Shown: piece by piece, positions 30,541 to 39,735 of the stretch
How the letters are laid out: the number at the start of each line of letters is the position of its first letter
How positions within the stretch are numbered: the first letter of the stretch is position 1
Assembly: GCA_011525945.1 (NCBI GenBank)
Contig: WYBJ01000045.1
Span: 1-59,369, forward strand
Direction of reading: 5' to 3'
Length of the DNA stretch: 59,369 bases
Source: Burkholderiaceae bacterium
Lineage (GTDB): Bacteria > Pseudomonadota > Gammaproteobacteria > Burkholderiales > WYBJ01
Position numbers and translations under genes: made by a program
The notes under the pieces: generated by a model
What the model was told of the DNA's origin: nothing
What the model saw: the letters and a program-made list of their open reading frames with translations, nothing else
Database searches by the model: none

Positions 30541-31641
30541 ATGGCGTTGAAGCGCCCGCATGGCCCGACCGGCTCGCTGGTCGTTCTCGAACACGAATCC
30601 AGCATCCTCGCCGACAACCCGCTCGGCGACCCGCACGTACGCCGGCTCGCGGTCTGGCTGCCGGCGCAGTACGACGGCGGCGCCCGGCGGCGCTTCCCGG
30701 TTCTGTACGATCTGGTCGGCTTCACCGGCTCGGGGCTTGCGCACGTCGCTTGGAAGCCTTTCGCCGACAACGTCCCGGAGCGAGCTGCGCGCCTCATTCA
30801 CGAACGCAAGATGGCGCCGGCGATCATTGTGTTTCCCGACTGCTTCACCGCGCTCGGCGGCAATCAGTACGTCAACTCGCCCGCGATCGGGCGCTACGCC
30901 GATTACCTGGTGCGCGAAATCGTGCCCTTTGTCGATCGCGAATTCCGCACGCTCGCCAGCCGCGAGCACCGCGGCTGCTTCGGCAAATCCTCGGGCGGCT
31001 ACGGCGCGATCATTCACGGCATGAAGTACGCGCAGCACTGGGGGGCGATCGCGAACCACTCGGGTGACGCGTATTTCGAACTCGTGTACGGACACGATTG
31101 GCCGAACACCTTGAACGAGCTGGCCAAGCACCGACGGCCCAAGCGCAGCGCCGGGCCCTACGACGCCCGCGCCGAAGCGTCCCGCGCGGGGCTCGCGCAG
31201 GGACTCGACGATGGCAGGGTCGCGCGCTTCCTCGCGAGCGCCTGGAAAAACGAGAAGCTCTCGCACGCCGAGGGACATTGCCTGATGAATCTATGCATGG
31301 CCGCGACCTACGATCCCGACCCGGGCGCGCCGAATCGGTTTCGCGTGCCGTTCAACCTCGAGTCGGGCGAGCGCATCGAGGCGCGCTGGCGGCGGTGGCG
31401 CGCGAACGATCCGATCAATCTCGTCGCACGCTATCGCAAGAACCTGCAGCGGCTGCGGGGCATCTATGTCGATTGCGGCTGGCGCGATCAATATCACATC
31501 CACTATGGCGCGCGCATCCTGTCGAAGCGTCTCGCTGAAGCAGGCATCGCGCACCGCTACGAGGAGTTCGACGACAACCATTCCGACATCGATTACCGCA
31601 TGGACGTGAGCCTGCCGTTTCTCGCGCGCGCGCTCGGTTGA
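30541..31641 (+). CDS. esterase, enterochelin-esterase-like alpha/beta fold
   Basis: NPLGDP, V.LP..Y, GGNQY.NS, GKSSGG elbow, DCG..D and YEEF...H motifs. Confidence 0.88.
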   Translation: MALKRPHGPTGSLVVLEHESSILADNPLGDPHVRRLAVWLPAQYDGGARRRFPVLYDLVGFTGSGLAHVAWKPFADNVPERAARLIHERKMAPAIIVFPDCFTALGGNQYVNSPAIGRYADYLVREIVPFVDREFRTLASREHRGCFGKSSGGYGAIIHGMKYAQHWGAIANHSGDAYFELVYGHDWPNTLNELAKHRRPKRSAGPYDARAEASRAGLAQGLDDGRVARFLASAWKNEKLSHAEGHCLMNLCMAATYDPDPGAPNRFRVPFNLESGERIEARWRRWRANDPINLVARYRKNLQRLRGIYVDCGWRDQYHIHYGARILSKRLAEAGIAHRYEEFDDNHSDIDYRMDVSLPFLARALG

Positions 31642-31759
31642 TTACGGGCACGGCATTGCCGGAGCGCTCGACCGCTGTTACCCCATCCGCAGCGAACACG
31701 AGCGAGCCCATGGCGATCGAGTTGAACGACGCCATCGCCCGATGACGCGGGCGCGCCAA

Positions 31760-31820
31760 CGTGGCGTCGCGAGCATCAAGAACATTGTTGCAACGACTTC
31801 TGACTCGGGACACTAGACGA
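31760..31820. repeat. second, truncated copy of the MITE-like end, fused to the pilU stop codon
   Basis: 61-bp identity to 70..130. Confidence 0.85.
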
Positions 31821-32949
31821 TGTTCAGGTGCTCGATGCCGGACATGATGTCGCGGCCCTTCGCTTCCTGGCCCTGCAGCTTGATCATCAAGCGCAACTCG
31901 TTGACGCTGTCGGCGTTGCGCAAGGCATCCTCATAGCTGATCGAGCCGTTCTCGTACAGCTCGAACAGGTGCTGATCGAAGGTCTGCATGCCGAGCTCGC
32001 GCGATTTGCCCATGATGCTCTTGATCTCGTGCACCTCGCCCTTGAAGACGAGGTCCGAGATGAGCGGCGAGTTGAGCAGGATCTCGACCGCGGCAGCGCG
32101 CCCCTTGCCCTCCTTCTTGGGGATCAGGCGTTGCGAGACGATGGCGCGGATGTTGAGCGACAGGTCCATCAGAAGCTGCGAGCGGCGCTCTTCGGGGAAG
32201 AAGTTGATCACGCGGTCGAGCGCCTGGTTGGCGCTGTTGGCGTGCAGCGTGCCCATGCACAGGTGCCCGGTCTCGGCGAACGCGATGGCATGATCCATCG
32301 TTTCGCGGTCGCGGATTTCGCCGATGAGGATGACGTCGGGCGCCTGACGCAGCGTGTTCTTGAGCGCCGCGTGCCACGATTCGGTATCCACGCCCACTTC
32401 GCGCTGCGTGATGACGCAGCCGCGGTGCTCGTGCACGTACTCGATCGGGTCCTCGATCGTGACGATGTGGCCGTGGCTGTTCTCGTTACGATAGCCGATC
32501 AGTGCCGCCATCGAGGTCGACTTGCCCGAACCGGTGCCGCCGACGAACAGCACGATGCCGCGCTTGCTCATGACGACATCCTTGAGCACGACCGGCAGGC
32601 CCAGGTCTTCGAACTTCGGAATGTCGGTCGTGATCGTCCGGAACACCATCCCCACGCGCGCCTGCTGCACGAAGGCGTTGACGCGAAAGCGTCCGATGCC
32701 TGCGGGGCTCACGGCGAAGTTGCACTCCTTGGTCGCCTCGAACTCCTCGGCCTGCTTGTCGTTCATCACCGAGCGCGCGAGCTCCATCGTGTGCTGCGGT
32801 GTGAGCGTCTGGTTGGACACGGGCGTCACCCGCCCGTCGATCTTCAGAGCGGGCGGAAATCCGGCTGTGATGAAAAGATCGGAGGCCTTCTTCGCCACCA
32901 TGGCGCGCAGAAGGTCGTAGATGAATTTCATTGCCTGATCGCGTTCCAT
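31813..32949 (-). CDS. pilU: type IV pilus retraction ATPase PilU
   Basis: ASDLFIT, GGTGSGKSTS, TIEDPIE, LRQAPDVILIGEIRD and GMQTFDQ motifs. Downstream of pilT. Confidence 0.96.
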   Translation of the reverse strand: MERDQAMKFIYDLLRAMVAKKASDLFITAGFPPALKIDGRVTPVSNQTLTPQHTMELARSVMNDKQAEEFEATKECNFAVSPAGIGRFRVNAFVQQARVGMVFRTITTDIPKFEDLGLPVVLKDVVMSKRGIVLFVGGTGSGKSTSMAALIGYRNENSHGHIVTIEDPIEYVHEHRGCVITQREVGVDTESWHAALKNTLRQAPDVILIGEIRDRETMDHAIAFAETGHLCMGTLHANSANQALDRVINFFPEERRSQLLMDLSLNIRAIVSQRLIPKKEGKGRAAAVEILLNSPLISDLVFKGEVHEIKSIMGKSRELGMQTFDQHLFELYENGSISYEDALRNADSVNELRLMIKLQGQEAKGRDIMSGIEHLNIV

Positions 32950-32998
32950 ACGCCGCTCCTGTCGACAATGGGTGCGGGACTCGCCGTCCCGGCAGGCG

Positions 32999-34045
32999 TT
33001 ACGCGCCCGGGAAGAGGTCTTTGTTCACCGCGCGGTTGCGAGCTTCGGCGGCGGAGACCAGATTGCGCCGCACGATCTCTTGCAGGTTCTGATCCAGCGT
33101 CTGCATGCCGAACGATTGCCCGGTCTGAATCGCGGAATACATCTGCGCGATCTTGTTTTCGCGGATGAGGTTACGGATAGCCGGCGTGCCGATCATTATC
33201 TCGTGCGCGGCCGTGCGCCCCGCGCCGTCCTTGGTCTTGAGCAGCGTCTGCGAAATGACCGCACGCAGCGATTCGGACAGCATCGCGCGCACCATCTCTT
33301 TCTCCTCCGCGGGGAAGACGTCGATGATCCGGTCGACCGTCTTCGCCGCCGAGCTCGTGTGCAAGGTGCCGAACACCAGGTGACCCGTTTCGGCCGCCGT
33401 CATCGCCAGCCGGATCGTTTCCAGGTCGCGCATTTCGCCGACCAGGATCACATCGGGATCTTCGCGCAGCGCCGAGCGCAAGGCGTTGGCGAAGGAGAGC
33501 GTGTGCGGCCCGACCTCGCGCTGGTTGATCAGACACTTCTTGCTCTCGTGCACGAACTCGATCGGATCCTCGACCGTGAGGATATGGCCGTATTCGTTCT
33601 CGTTGATGTAGTTGATCATCGCCGCGAGCGTGGTCGACTTGCCCGACCCGGTGGGGCCGGTCACCAGCACGAGCCCGCGCGGCTGATCGGAGATGTCCTG
33701 GAAGATCTTCGGCGCCTTCAGATCCTCGAGCGTGAGCACCTTCGACGGAATGGTCCGGAACACCGCCCCCGCGCCGCGATGCTGCACGAAGGCGTTGACG
33801 CGAAATCGCGCGAGGTTCGGGATCGCGAACGAGAAATCACACTCGAGGTTTTCTTCGTAGAACTTGCGCTGCCCGTCGTTCATGATGTCGTACACCATCG
33901 CGTGTACGTCCTTGTGCTCCATCGCCGGCAGGTTGATGCGGCGGATGTCGCCGTGCACGCGGATCATGGGCGGCAATCCGGACGAGAGATGCAGGTCGGA
34001 AGCCTTGTTCTTGACGACGAAGGCAAGCAGCTCGGAGATGTCCAT
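32999..34045 (-). CDS. pilT: type IV pilus retraction ATPase PilT
   Basis: MDISELL, GPTGSGKSTT, LREDPD and AIRNLIRE motifs. Confidence 0.98.
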   Translation of the reverse strand: MDISELLAFVVKNKASDLHLSSGLPPMIRVHGDIRRINLPAMEHKDVHAMVYDIMNDGQRKFYEENLECDFSFAIPNLARFRVNAFVQHRGAGAVFRTIPSKVLTLEDLKAPKIFQDISDQPRGLVLVTGPTGSGKSTTLAAMINYINENEYGHILTVEDPIEFVHESKKCLINQREVGPHTLSFANALRSALREDPDVILVGEMRDLETIRLAMTAAETGHLVFGTLHTSSAAKTVDRIIDVFPAEEKEMVRAMLSESLRAVISQTLLKTKDGAGRTAAHEIMIGTPAIRNLIRENKIAQMYSAIQTGQSFGMQTLDQNLQEIVRRNLVSAAEARNRAVNKDLFPGA

Positions 34046-34120
34046 TTATAATTCCTCGATCCCAAGGCCCGGCGATAATCGCCGAAGAACCTTTGGGTTA
34101 TCGGCCTTTTGGAAAAAATT

Positions 34121-34825
34121 ATGAGCCCAATCGGCGGCAACTTGCAAGCCGTGTTGCGGCGCATCGAAACGGCCGCCCGCGCCGCCGGGCGCCGGCCCGA
34201 CGAAGTCCGGCTGCTGGCCGTGAGCAAGACCTGGCCGGCGGCGGCGGTCGAGGAGGCATACCGCGCCGGACAGCGCATGTTCGGCGAGAACCAGCAACAG
34301 GAAGCGGCGAGCAAGATTGCGGCGCTCGCCCGGCTCGCGCTCGAATGGCACTTCATCGGCCCGATCCAGAGCAACAAGACGCGCCCCATCGCCGAGCAGT
34401 TCGCGTGGATCCATTCCCTGGATCGGGAGAAAGTGGCGCGCCGCCTGTCCGAGCAGCGCCCGGTCGGGTTGGAACCGCTGATGGTGTGCATCCAGGTCAA
34501 TGTCAGCGGCGAGGCGAGCAAGAGCGGTGTGCCGCCGCACGCGGTCGAGGCGCTGGCGCGACGCGTGGCGGCGCTGCCCAATCTTCGGCTGCGCGGGCTC
34601 ATGACCATTCCCGCGCCGTCCGCCGACGACGAGCGCCAGCGCGCTCAGTTTCGCGAGCTGCGCGCGCTCTACGATGCCCTGCGCGTGCAGGGCATGTCCC
34701 TCGATACGCTTTCCATGGGTATGTCGGACGACCTGGAAGCCGCGATTCTGGAGGGCTCGACCCTGGTCCGTGTCGGCTCCGCGATCTTCGGGCGCCGCGC
34801 GAGGAAGGCCAGCGCAATCGCGTAG
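34121..34825 (+). CDS. yggS: PLP homeostasis protein YggS
   Basis: LLAVSK, FGEN..QE, WHFIGPIQSNK, SKSG, LSMGMS.D and VRVGSAIFG motifs. Divergent from pilT. Confidence 0.95.
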   Translation: MSPIGGNLQAVLRRIETAARAAGRRPDEVRLLAVSKTWPAAAVEEAYRAGQRMFGENQQQEAASKIAALARLALEWHFIGPIQSNKTRPIAEQFAWIHSLDREKVARRLSEQRPVGLEPLMVCIQVNVSGEASKSGVPPHAVEALARRVAALPNLRLRGLMTIPAPSADDERQRAQFRELRALYDALRVQGMSLDTLSMGMSDDLEAAILEGSTLVRVGSAIFGRRARKASAIA

Positions 34826-34903
34826 CGCGCGGCCGGCCCGGACGCTTGGGCGCGCGGGTATGATCGGGCGGGAGTAACGCGTTACCGAGAGGAGAAGGAC
34901 GAC

Positions 34904-35875
34904 ATGCAGCACCTACGGTTGGCAGCAGCGGCAGCCGTTGCCCTGGCGACTTGCGCAAGCGCGCAAGCACAGACTTATCCGACGCGCCCGGTGCGCATCA
35001 TGGTCGGGTACGCACCCGGCGGCGGGGTCGATGTGGCGGCCCGGATTGTGGCCCAAGGGCTCACCGAAGTGTGGGGTAGTCAAACTGCGCTGGTGGACAA
35101 TCGTCCCGGGGCGGCCGGCGCCATCGCGACCGAGCTCACCGCCAAAGCAAACCCCGACGGCTACACCCTGATGCTGTGTCAGATCGCTTCACACGCGATC
35201 ACGCCGGCCCGGTCGAAGAAACCGACCTACGACCACATCAAGGACTTCAGCTTCGTCTCGATGGTCGGCACGACGCCCAACGTCATCGCCACCCATCCCG
35301 CCATGGCGATGAAAACGCTCAGGGACGTGATCGCCTACGCAAAGAAGAATCCGGGTAAGCTCAACTACGGCTCCTCCGGCGTCGGCGCGTCGCCCAACCT
35401 GTCGATGGAACTGCTCAAGCTCGAGGCCGGGATCAACATCCAGCACGTCCCGTACAAAGGCGCATCGCTCGCCATGGCCGACGTGATCAGCGGACACATG
35501 GAGCTCATGATCGGCAACCTCCCGGGTCCCTACCCCATGATCATCGCCGGCAAGCTGCGCGGGCTCGCGGTCACCTCGGCGCAGCGCAGCCCGCGCTTGC
35601 CTGACGTTCCCACGGTGGCAGAGCAAGGCGTGCCGGGGTTCGACGTCTCTTCCTGGTACGGCATCTGCGCCCAGTCCGGCGTGCCGAAGCCAGTATTCGA
35701 CAAGCTGCGCGCCGACCTGCTGCAAGCGCTCGACCGACCCGACGTGCAGAAGCGCCTCACCGATCAGGGCGTGGAGGTAAGAACTTCGACACCCGAGGCG
35801 TTTCTGGCGCATGTAAAAGCCGAAACGGCGCGTTGGACGCGCGTGGTGCGCGCAGCCAACATTCCATCGCAATGA
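34904..35875 (+). CDS. Bug/TctC tripartite tricarboxylate transporter substrate-binding protein
   Basis: Signal peptide, YPTRPVR, GYAPGGGVD, NRPGA, DGYTL and HVPYKG motifs. Confidence 0.93.
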   Translation: MQHLRLAAAAAVALATCASAQAQTYPTRPVRIMVGYAPGGGVDVAARIVAQGLTEVWGSQTALVDNRPGAAGAIATELTAKANPDGYTLMLCQIASHAITPARSKKPTYDHIKDFSFVSMVGTTPNVIATHPAMAMKTLRDVIAYAKKNPGKLNYGSSGVGASPNLSMELLKLEAGINIQHVPYKGASLAMADVISGHMELMIGNLPGPYPMIIAGKLRGLAVTSAQRSPRLPDVPTVAEQGVPGFDVSSWYGICAQSGVPKPVFDKLRADLLQALDRPDVQKRLTDQGVEVRTSTPEAFLAHVKAETARWTRVVRAANIPSQ

Positions 35876-35975
35876 GGGGTTCCTCATCTAGCGGCCGCGG
35901 CGCGCGAGGCCGGATCGCGGCGGGCGCATCGACCGAGCGTCGCAAGCGTGCGAAAGGACGAGAAAGGAGCGCGCC

Positions 35976-37082
35976 ATGCTGGCACAAGCCGCAGTAATGC
36001 GGCAAGCGCGCGGGCGCTGGTCGATGGAAACGGTCACGGTCGCCGAGCCGGGGCCGAACGAAGTGCGTGTGCGCGTAGTCGCGAGCGGCATCTGCCAGAC
36101 CGACGTGCACGCACGCGACGGCTTCTTTCCGATCCCATGTCCGGCAATCTACGGCCACGAAGGCGCAGGGATCGTGGAGAAGGTCGGCGCCGGCGTGACC
36201 GACCTCGCGCCGGGCGATCACGTCATCATGGCCAACCCGTCGTGCGGACACTGCGACGATTGCCGTGCCGGCTTCGAGACCTACTGCATCAACGCACCGC
36301 GACTGAAGCACAGCGGTTTGCGCGCCGACGGAAACTCGATTGCCTTCACGCGCGGCGACGAACCGATCCACGGCTCGTTCTTTCAACAATCGTCGTTCGC
36401 TGCGATCACGCTCGCCATGGCGCGCAACACCATCCGCGTGCCGCAAGACGCACCGCTCGACATCCTGGCCGCATTCCCCTGCGGCGTGAATACGGGCGCC
36501 GGTGCGGTGCTCAACGTGCTCAAGCCCGACGCGGGCGATTCGTACGTCGCCTTCGGCGCCGGGACGGTGGGGTTTGCGGGGCTGCTGGCAGCCCGGCTCT
36601 GCGGTTGCGACCCCATCATCGCGGTCGACCTGTTCGAGGATCGCCTCGCGCTCGCGCGCGAGCTCGGCGCAAGCGCGACGGTGAACGCCAAGGACCCGGA
36701 TCTGGTCGCGAAAGTGCGCCGCCTCGCCGGTGGCCGTGGCGCGCGCTTCTGTCTCGAGGCGGCCGGCTTTGCGGCAGCGCTGCGACCGGCCCTGGACGTG
36801 CTCGCCCCGCGCGGCACGGCGTGTCTGGTCGGCAGCGCCGCACCGGGCGTGGAGGTGAGCCTCGAAATGAAGACGATACAGCAAGGCCGCGTCGTGCGCG
36901 GCTGCGTACAGGGCGAGAGCGACGTGCAGCGCTTCCTGCCGCAACTGATCGATCTATTTGCCGCCGGCAAGCTGCCGATCGACCGCCTGGTGCGGCACTA
37001 TCCGCACGCAGCCATCAACGAGGCGGTCGCCGACATGCTCGCCGGCAGCACGATCAAAGCGGTGCTGCGGATCGAGCAGTAA
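35976..37082 (+). CDS. Zn-dependent alcohol dehydrogenase (aryl/benzyl-alcohol DH-like)
   Basis: GIC.TD, GHEGAG, C..C..C...C structural Zn site, CG..TGAG and G.G.VG motifs. Confidence 0.92.
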   Translation: MLAQAAVMRQARGRWSMETVTVAEPGPNEVRVRVVASGICQTDVHARDGFFPIPCPAIYGHEGAGIVEKVGAGVTDLAPGDHVIMANPSCGHCDDCRAGFETYCINAPRLKHSGLRADGNSIAFTRGDEPIHGSFFQQSSFAAITLAMARNTIRVPQDAPLDILAAFPCGVNTGAGAVLNVLKPDAGDSYVAFGAGTVGFAGLLAARLCGCDPIIAVDLFEDRLALARELGASATVNAKDPDLVAKVRRLAGGRGARFCLEAAGFAAALRPALDVLAPRGTACLVGSAAPGVEVSLEMKTIQQGRVVRGCVQGESDVQRFLPQLIDLFAAGKLPIDRLVRHYPHAAINEAVADMLAGSTIKAVLRIEQ

Positions 37083-37107
37083 TGCTGAAATTGCGAGAAA
37101 CAGCCGG

Positions 37108-37182
37108 GTCGCCCCCGTAGGCGCGACAAAGGTCTGGAAGACGCTTCCCGCGTCTCGGTGTCGCGCCCCCTTCGGGGGCGAC
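37108..37182. repeat. imperfect inverted repeat with GTAG tetranucleotide (REP-like) between convergent genes
   Basis: GTCGCCCCCG-TAG-GCGCGACA ... TGTCGCGC-CCCTT-CGGGGGCGAC. Confidence 0.6.
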
Positions 37183-37281
37183 AAGCATGGCATCGAAGTT
37201 CGCGTTGCTGCGGTGAAGGTGGGACACGACGTGCGCGCTGCGTGCCTTGCACGCGTCAGCCGTCGCTTCTCACGCTCGTGC

Positions 37282-38166
37282 TTACTGGTCCAGCAGACTC
37301 GCGATGTCGTTTGCGAGCGGCTCGAGCCGATCGCTCATCGGCCCGATGATCTCGGTGATGAATACCTCTTCCGTCTCCCAGACCGCAGAATCGTACGTGC
37401 CACGATGGATGCGGTGCAATTGCTCGGCGAGCAGCGCCACCGCGATTAGGGGCGCGGCGCGAGCCCAGTTCCGATCGGAGCGGAACTCGGGCCGATCGTA
37501 CAGGGTATGAACGCGGATCGACTGCCACATGTCGATCGGCAGGTGCCACGTTTGCGCCAGCGTGGCGCTCACGAGCGCGTGGTCGAAGCCGTAACGCGCG
37601 TGCTCGAGCCCAGTGCGGCGGCGCTCGTTCTCGCAGCGGGTCGAAGCGAGGAGGCTCTCGTATTCCGGGTAGCGGGTGAGCAGCACCGGCACTCCGCAAT
37701 CGCGGAAGAGCGCGAAGGTGTGCGCCTCATCCAGGCGTATCACGTCGAGTTCGCGCGCGAGATACGCGGCGATCAGCGCCACGCGCGAGGACGCATCCCA
37801 GAATTCGTACATCGCGGGCGACTGCGACGAGGCAAACGCGCGGCGCAGCAACAGACCGGCGATGATGCGGCTCGTTTCGCGCAGCCCCAGCAGCGCGAGC
37901 GCATCCTGCACCGTGCGCGCCTTCTTGCTCAAGCCGTAGAACGGGGAATTGATCGTCTTCAACACCGATGCCGCCAGCGCCACGTCCTTGTTGATGAGGT
38001 GACTGAGACGACGGAAATCGGGTTCATCGCGGTTGCTTTCGGCCATGAATTCGGCCAACACCACGGGACAGGGCGGAATGCCGATTTCCTTGATGAGCTC
38101 GGCGGCACCGGGTGAGACGATGTCGGTCGACGTCGGATCGGCGCAAATCGGGTCGGATGTATCCAT
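37282..38166 (-). CDS. stand-alone HDOD domain protein
   Basis: IPPCP, D.AL...LK..NSPFYG, LFRDCG and DHA......W.LP motifs. Start ATG 38166. Confidence 0.9.
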   Translation of the reverse strand: MDTSDPICADPTSTDIVSPGAAELIKEIGIPPCPVVLAEFMAESNRDEPDFRRLSHLINKDVALAASVLKTINSPFYGLSKKARTVQDALALLGLRETSRIIAGLLLRRAFASSQSPAMYEFWDASSRVALIAAYLARELDVIRLDEAHTFALFRDCGVPVLLTRYPEYESLLASTRCENERRRTGLEHARYGFDHALVSATLAQTWHLPIDMWQSIRVHTLYDRPEFRSDRNWARAAPLIAVALLAEQLHRIHRGTYDSAVWETEEVFITEIIGPMSDRLEPLANDIASLLDQ

Positions 38167-38443
38167 AGGGTGCTCGTGTCCGTGCACGGATCGACGCGCG
38201 AGCCGGTTACGCCGCACGCGTCAACGACCATTTCGGCGCGGGCGGCAAAACCTTTAGCGCGGGCAGGCGGCTCGGCCACGGCTCGCGCCGGCGGCAGCGC
38301 GAAGACCGCGCCTGCGACCGGTCGCGCCCGGCGGATCAGGCGGTTGCGAGCGCGCGTCCCGATCTCGACGGGAAGGCGAACGCTCTCTTCTCGGTCGGGT
38401 TCTCGCTTCGCGATACCACCGGCGAGCACGCCGGATAGGCCGC

Positions 38444-39289
38444 TCAGATCTGCGAGTAGCCGGAGCCCTTGACCGTAACGCCGCGCCCGGAGGGCTTTTC
38501 GATCAGCCCGTACTCGCCCAGGATCTGCTGGCTGTAGGTAACGCGTCCGTTCACCTTCGCCGCCGGCTCGCTCGCGAGCAACAGCGCTGCTCGCGCCATC
38601 AGGATCGGCGACTCGCCCCTCGGGTCGGACATGCCGCTGACGAGCTTGTGATAGACGGTGCCAGGTGTAGGCACGACGTGTGATGGCGCAACTGCGCTGA
38701 CCGCGATGTTGTAGTCGGCCACTTCCTGCGCGAGCCCTTGCGTGAAGCGCTCCAGCGCGGCTTTGGTGGCGCCGTACATCGTGCCGCCGCGACCGGCCTC
38801 ACGATACGGACCGCGGCCCGGGCCGATCGCAGAGCCGGACGAGATGTTGACGATAGCGCCGCACCTTCGCTGCATCATACCGGGCAGAACAAACTTGGAC
38901 AGCATGAACGGGCCATGCACGTTGACGGCGAACGCCTTCACCCAGCGTTTCACGTCGAACTCGGCGATCGGAACGTAATAGGTCAGCGCGGCGTCGTTGA
39001 CCAGAATGTCGACCTGACCGTAGGCGTCGATCGCCGCCTGCACGAGCTTGCGACAATCTCCCTCGGCGGACACATCGACCGCGACGGCGAGCGCATCTGC
39101 GCCCGCCGCTCGGATCCGCGCCACGGTGCCCGAAAGCGAACCGGCAAGCAGGCGATGATCCCCTTCCTCGAGCGTTCGCGCCGCGCATACGACCTTGGCG
39201 CCCTCGGCTGCGAAAAGTTGCGCGATTTCCTCGCCGATACCACGGCTCGCGCCGGTTACGATCGCCACGCGTCCGTCAAGCTTGCCCAT
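38444..39289 (-). CDS. short-chain dehydrogenase/reductase
   Basis: TGASRGIG, NISS and YGATK motifs. GGAGG RBS. Confidence 0.93.
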   Translation of the reverse strand: MGKLDGRVAIVTGASRGIGEEIAQLFAAEGAKVVCAARTLEEGDHRLLAGSLSGTVARIRAAGADALAVAVDVSAEGDCRKLVQAAIDAYGQVDILVNDAALTYYVPIAEFDVKRWVKAFAVNVHGPFMLSKFVLPGMMQRRCGAIVNISSGSAIGPGRGPYREAGRGGTMYGATKAALERFTQGLAQEVADYNIAVSAVAPSHVVPTPGTVYHKLVSGMSDPRGESPILMARAALLLASEPAAKVNGRVTYSQQILGEYGLIEKPSGRGVTVKGSGYSQI

Positions 39290-39366
39290 TTCTGATCCTC
39301 CACCGACAGTTCGGGCGCCGAGCGTCGAGGCAACACCCGGCGCAACGGCCGCTCCAGGGTTATCCG

Positions 39367-39735
39367 CTACGCCTGCGGCGGCACCTCGATCGCCATCAGC
39401 GGAACATGCTGCTGGCAGCCGTAGACGTCGCGGTCCCGGATATCGCCCGAGCCGACCGGGCGCCGGATCGTCACCTTGAACGCGACCGCGGGGTCGTAAG
39501 GCACGCAGACCAGCACGTCGTCCATGCGCAAGCGGTAGAGCTCGGCGATGCGCGTGGCATTGATCACGCCGGACTTCTTCACGCGCTCGTACTTCGCCGT
39601 ATCGTCGAACATGATGTCGAACGTCACCTCGAACGGCCCCGCGTTCTTGCTGCGGATCACCTTGGCGAGCTCGAGCAGCGTCGCCGGGCGCTGCGGCCCG
39701 CCACGGTCGCTCGGGATTTTTGCGGCGGCGCTCAA
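39367..39735 (-). CDS. DUF4387-like small protein
   Basis: LA.VIRSKNAGPF..TFD and D.YG.QQH.PL motifs. TTGA overlap with the upstream stop. Confidence 0.82.
   Translation of the reverse strand: MSAAAKIPSDRGGPQRPATLLELAKVIRSKNAGPFEVTFDIMFDDTAKYERVKKSGVINATRIAELYRLRMDDVLVCVPYDPAVAFKVTIRRPVGSGDIRDRDVYGCQQHVPLMAIEVPPQA

Noticed and set aside
26780-31641. Apparent giant fusion ORFs (706 aa at 26780 and 748 aa at 29395)
   Set aside because: Their N-terminal parts overlap hemJ/HIRAN and xth in other frames. Real starts are 27644 and 30541.
37282-38166. HD-to-RD change in the HDOD protein as a novelty
   Set aside because: HDOD domains are generally non-catalytic and this variant is, to my knowledge, common.
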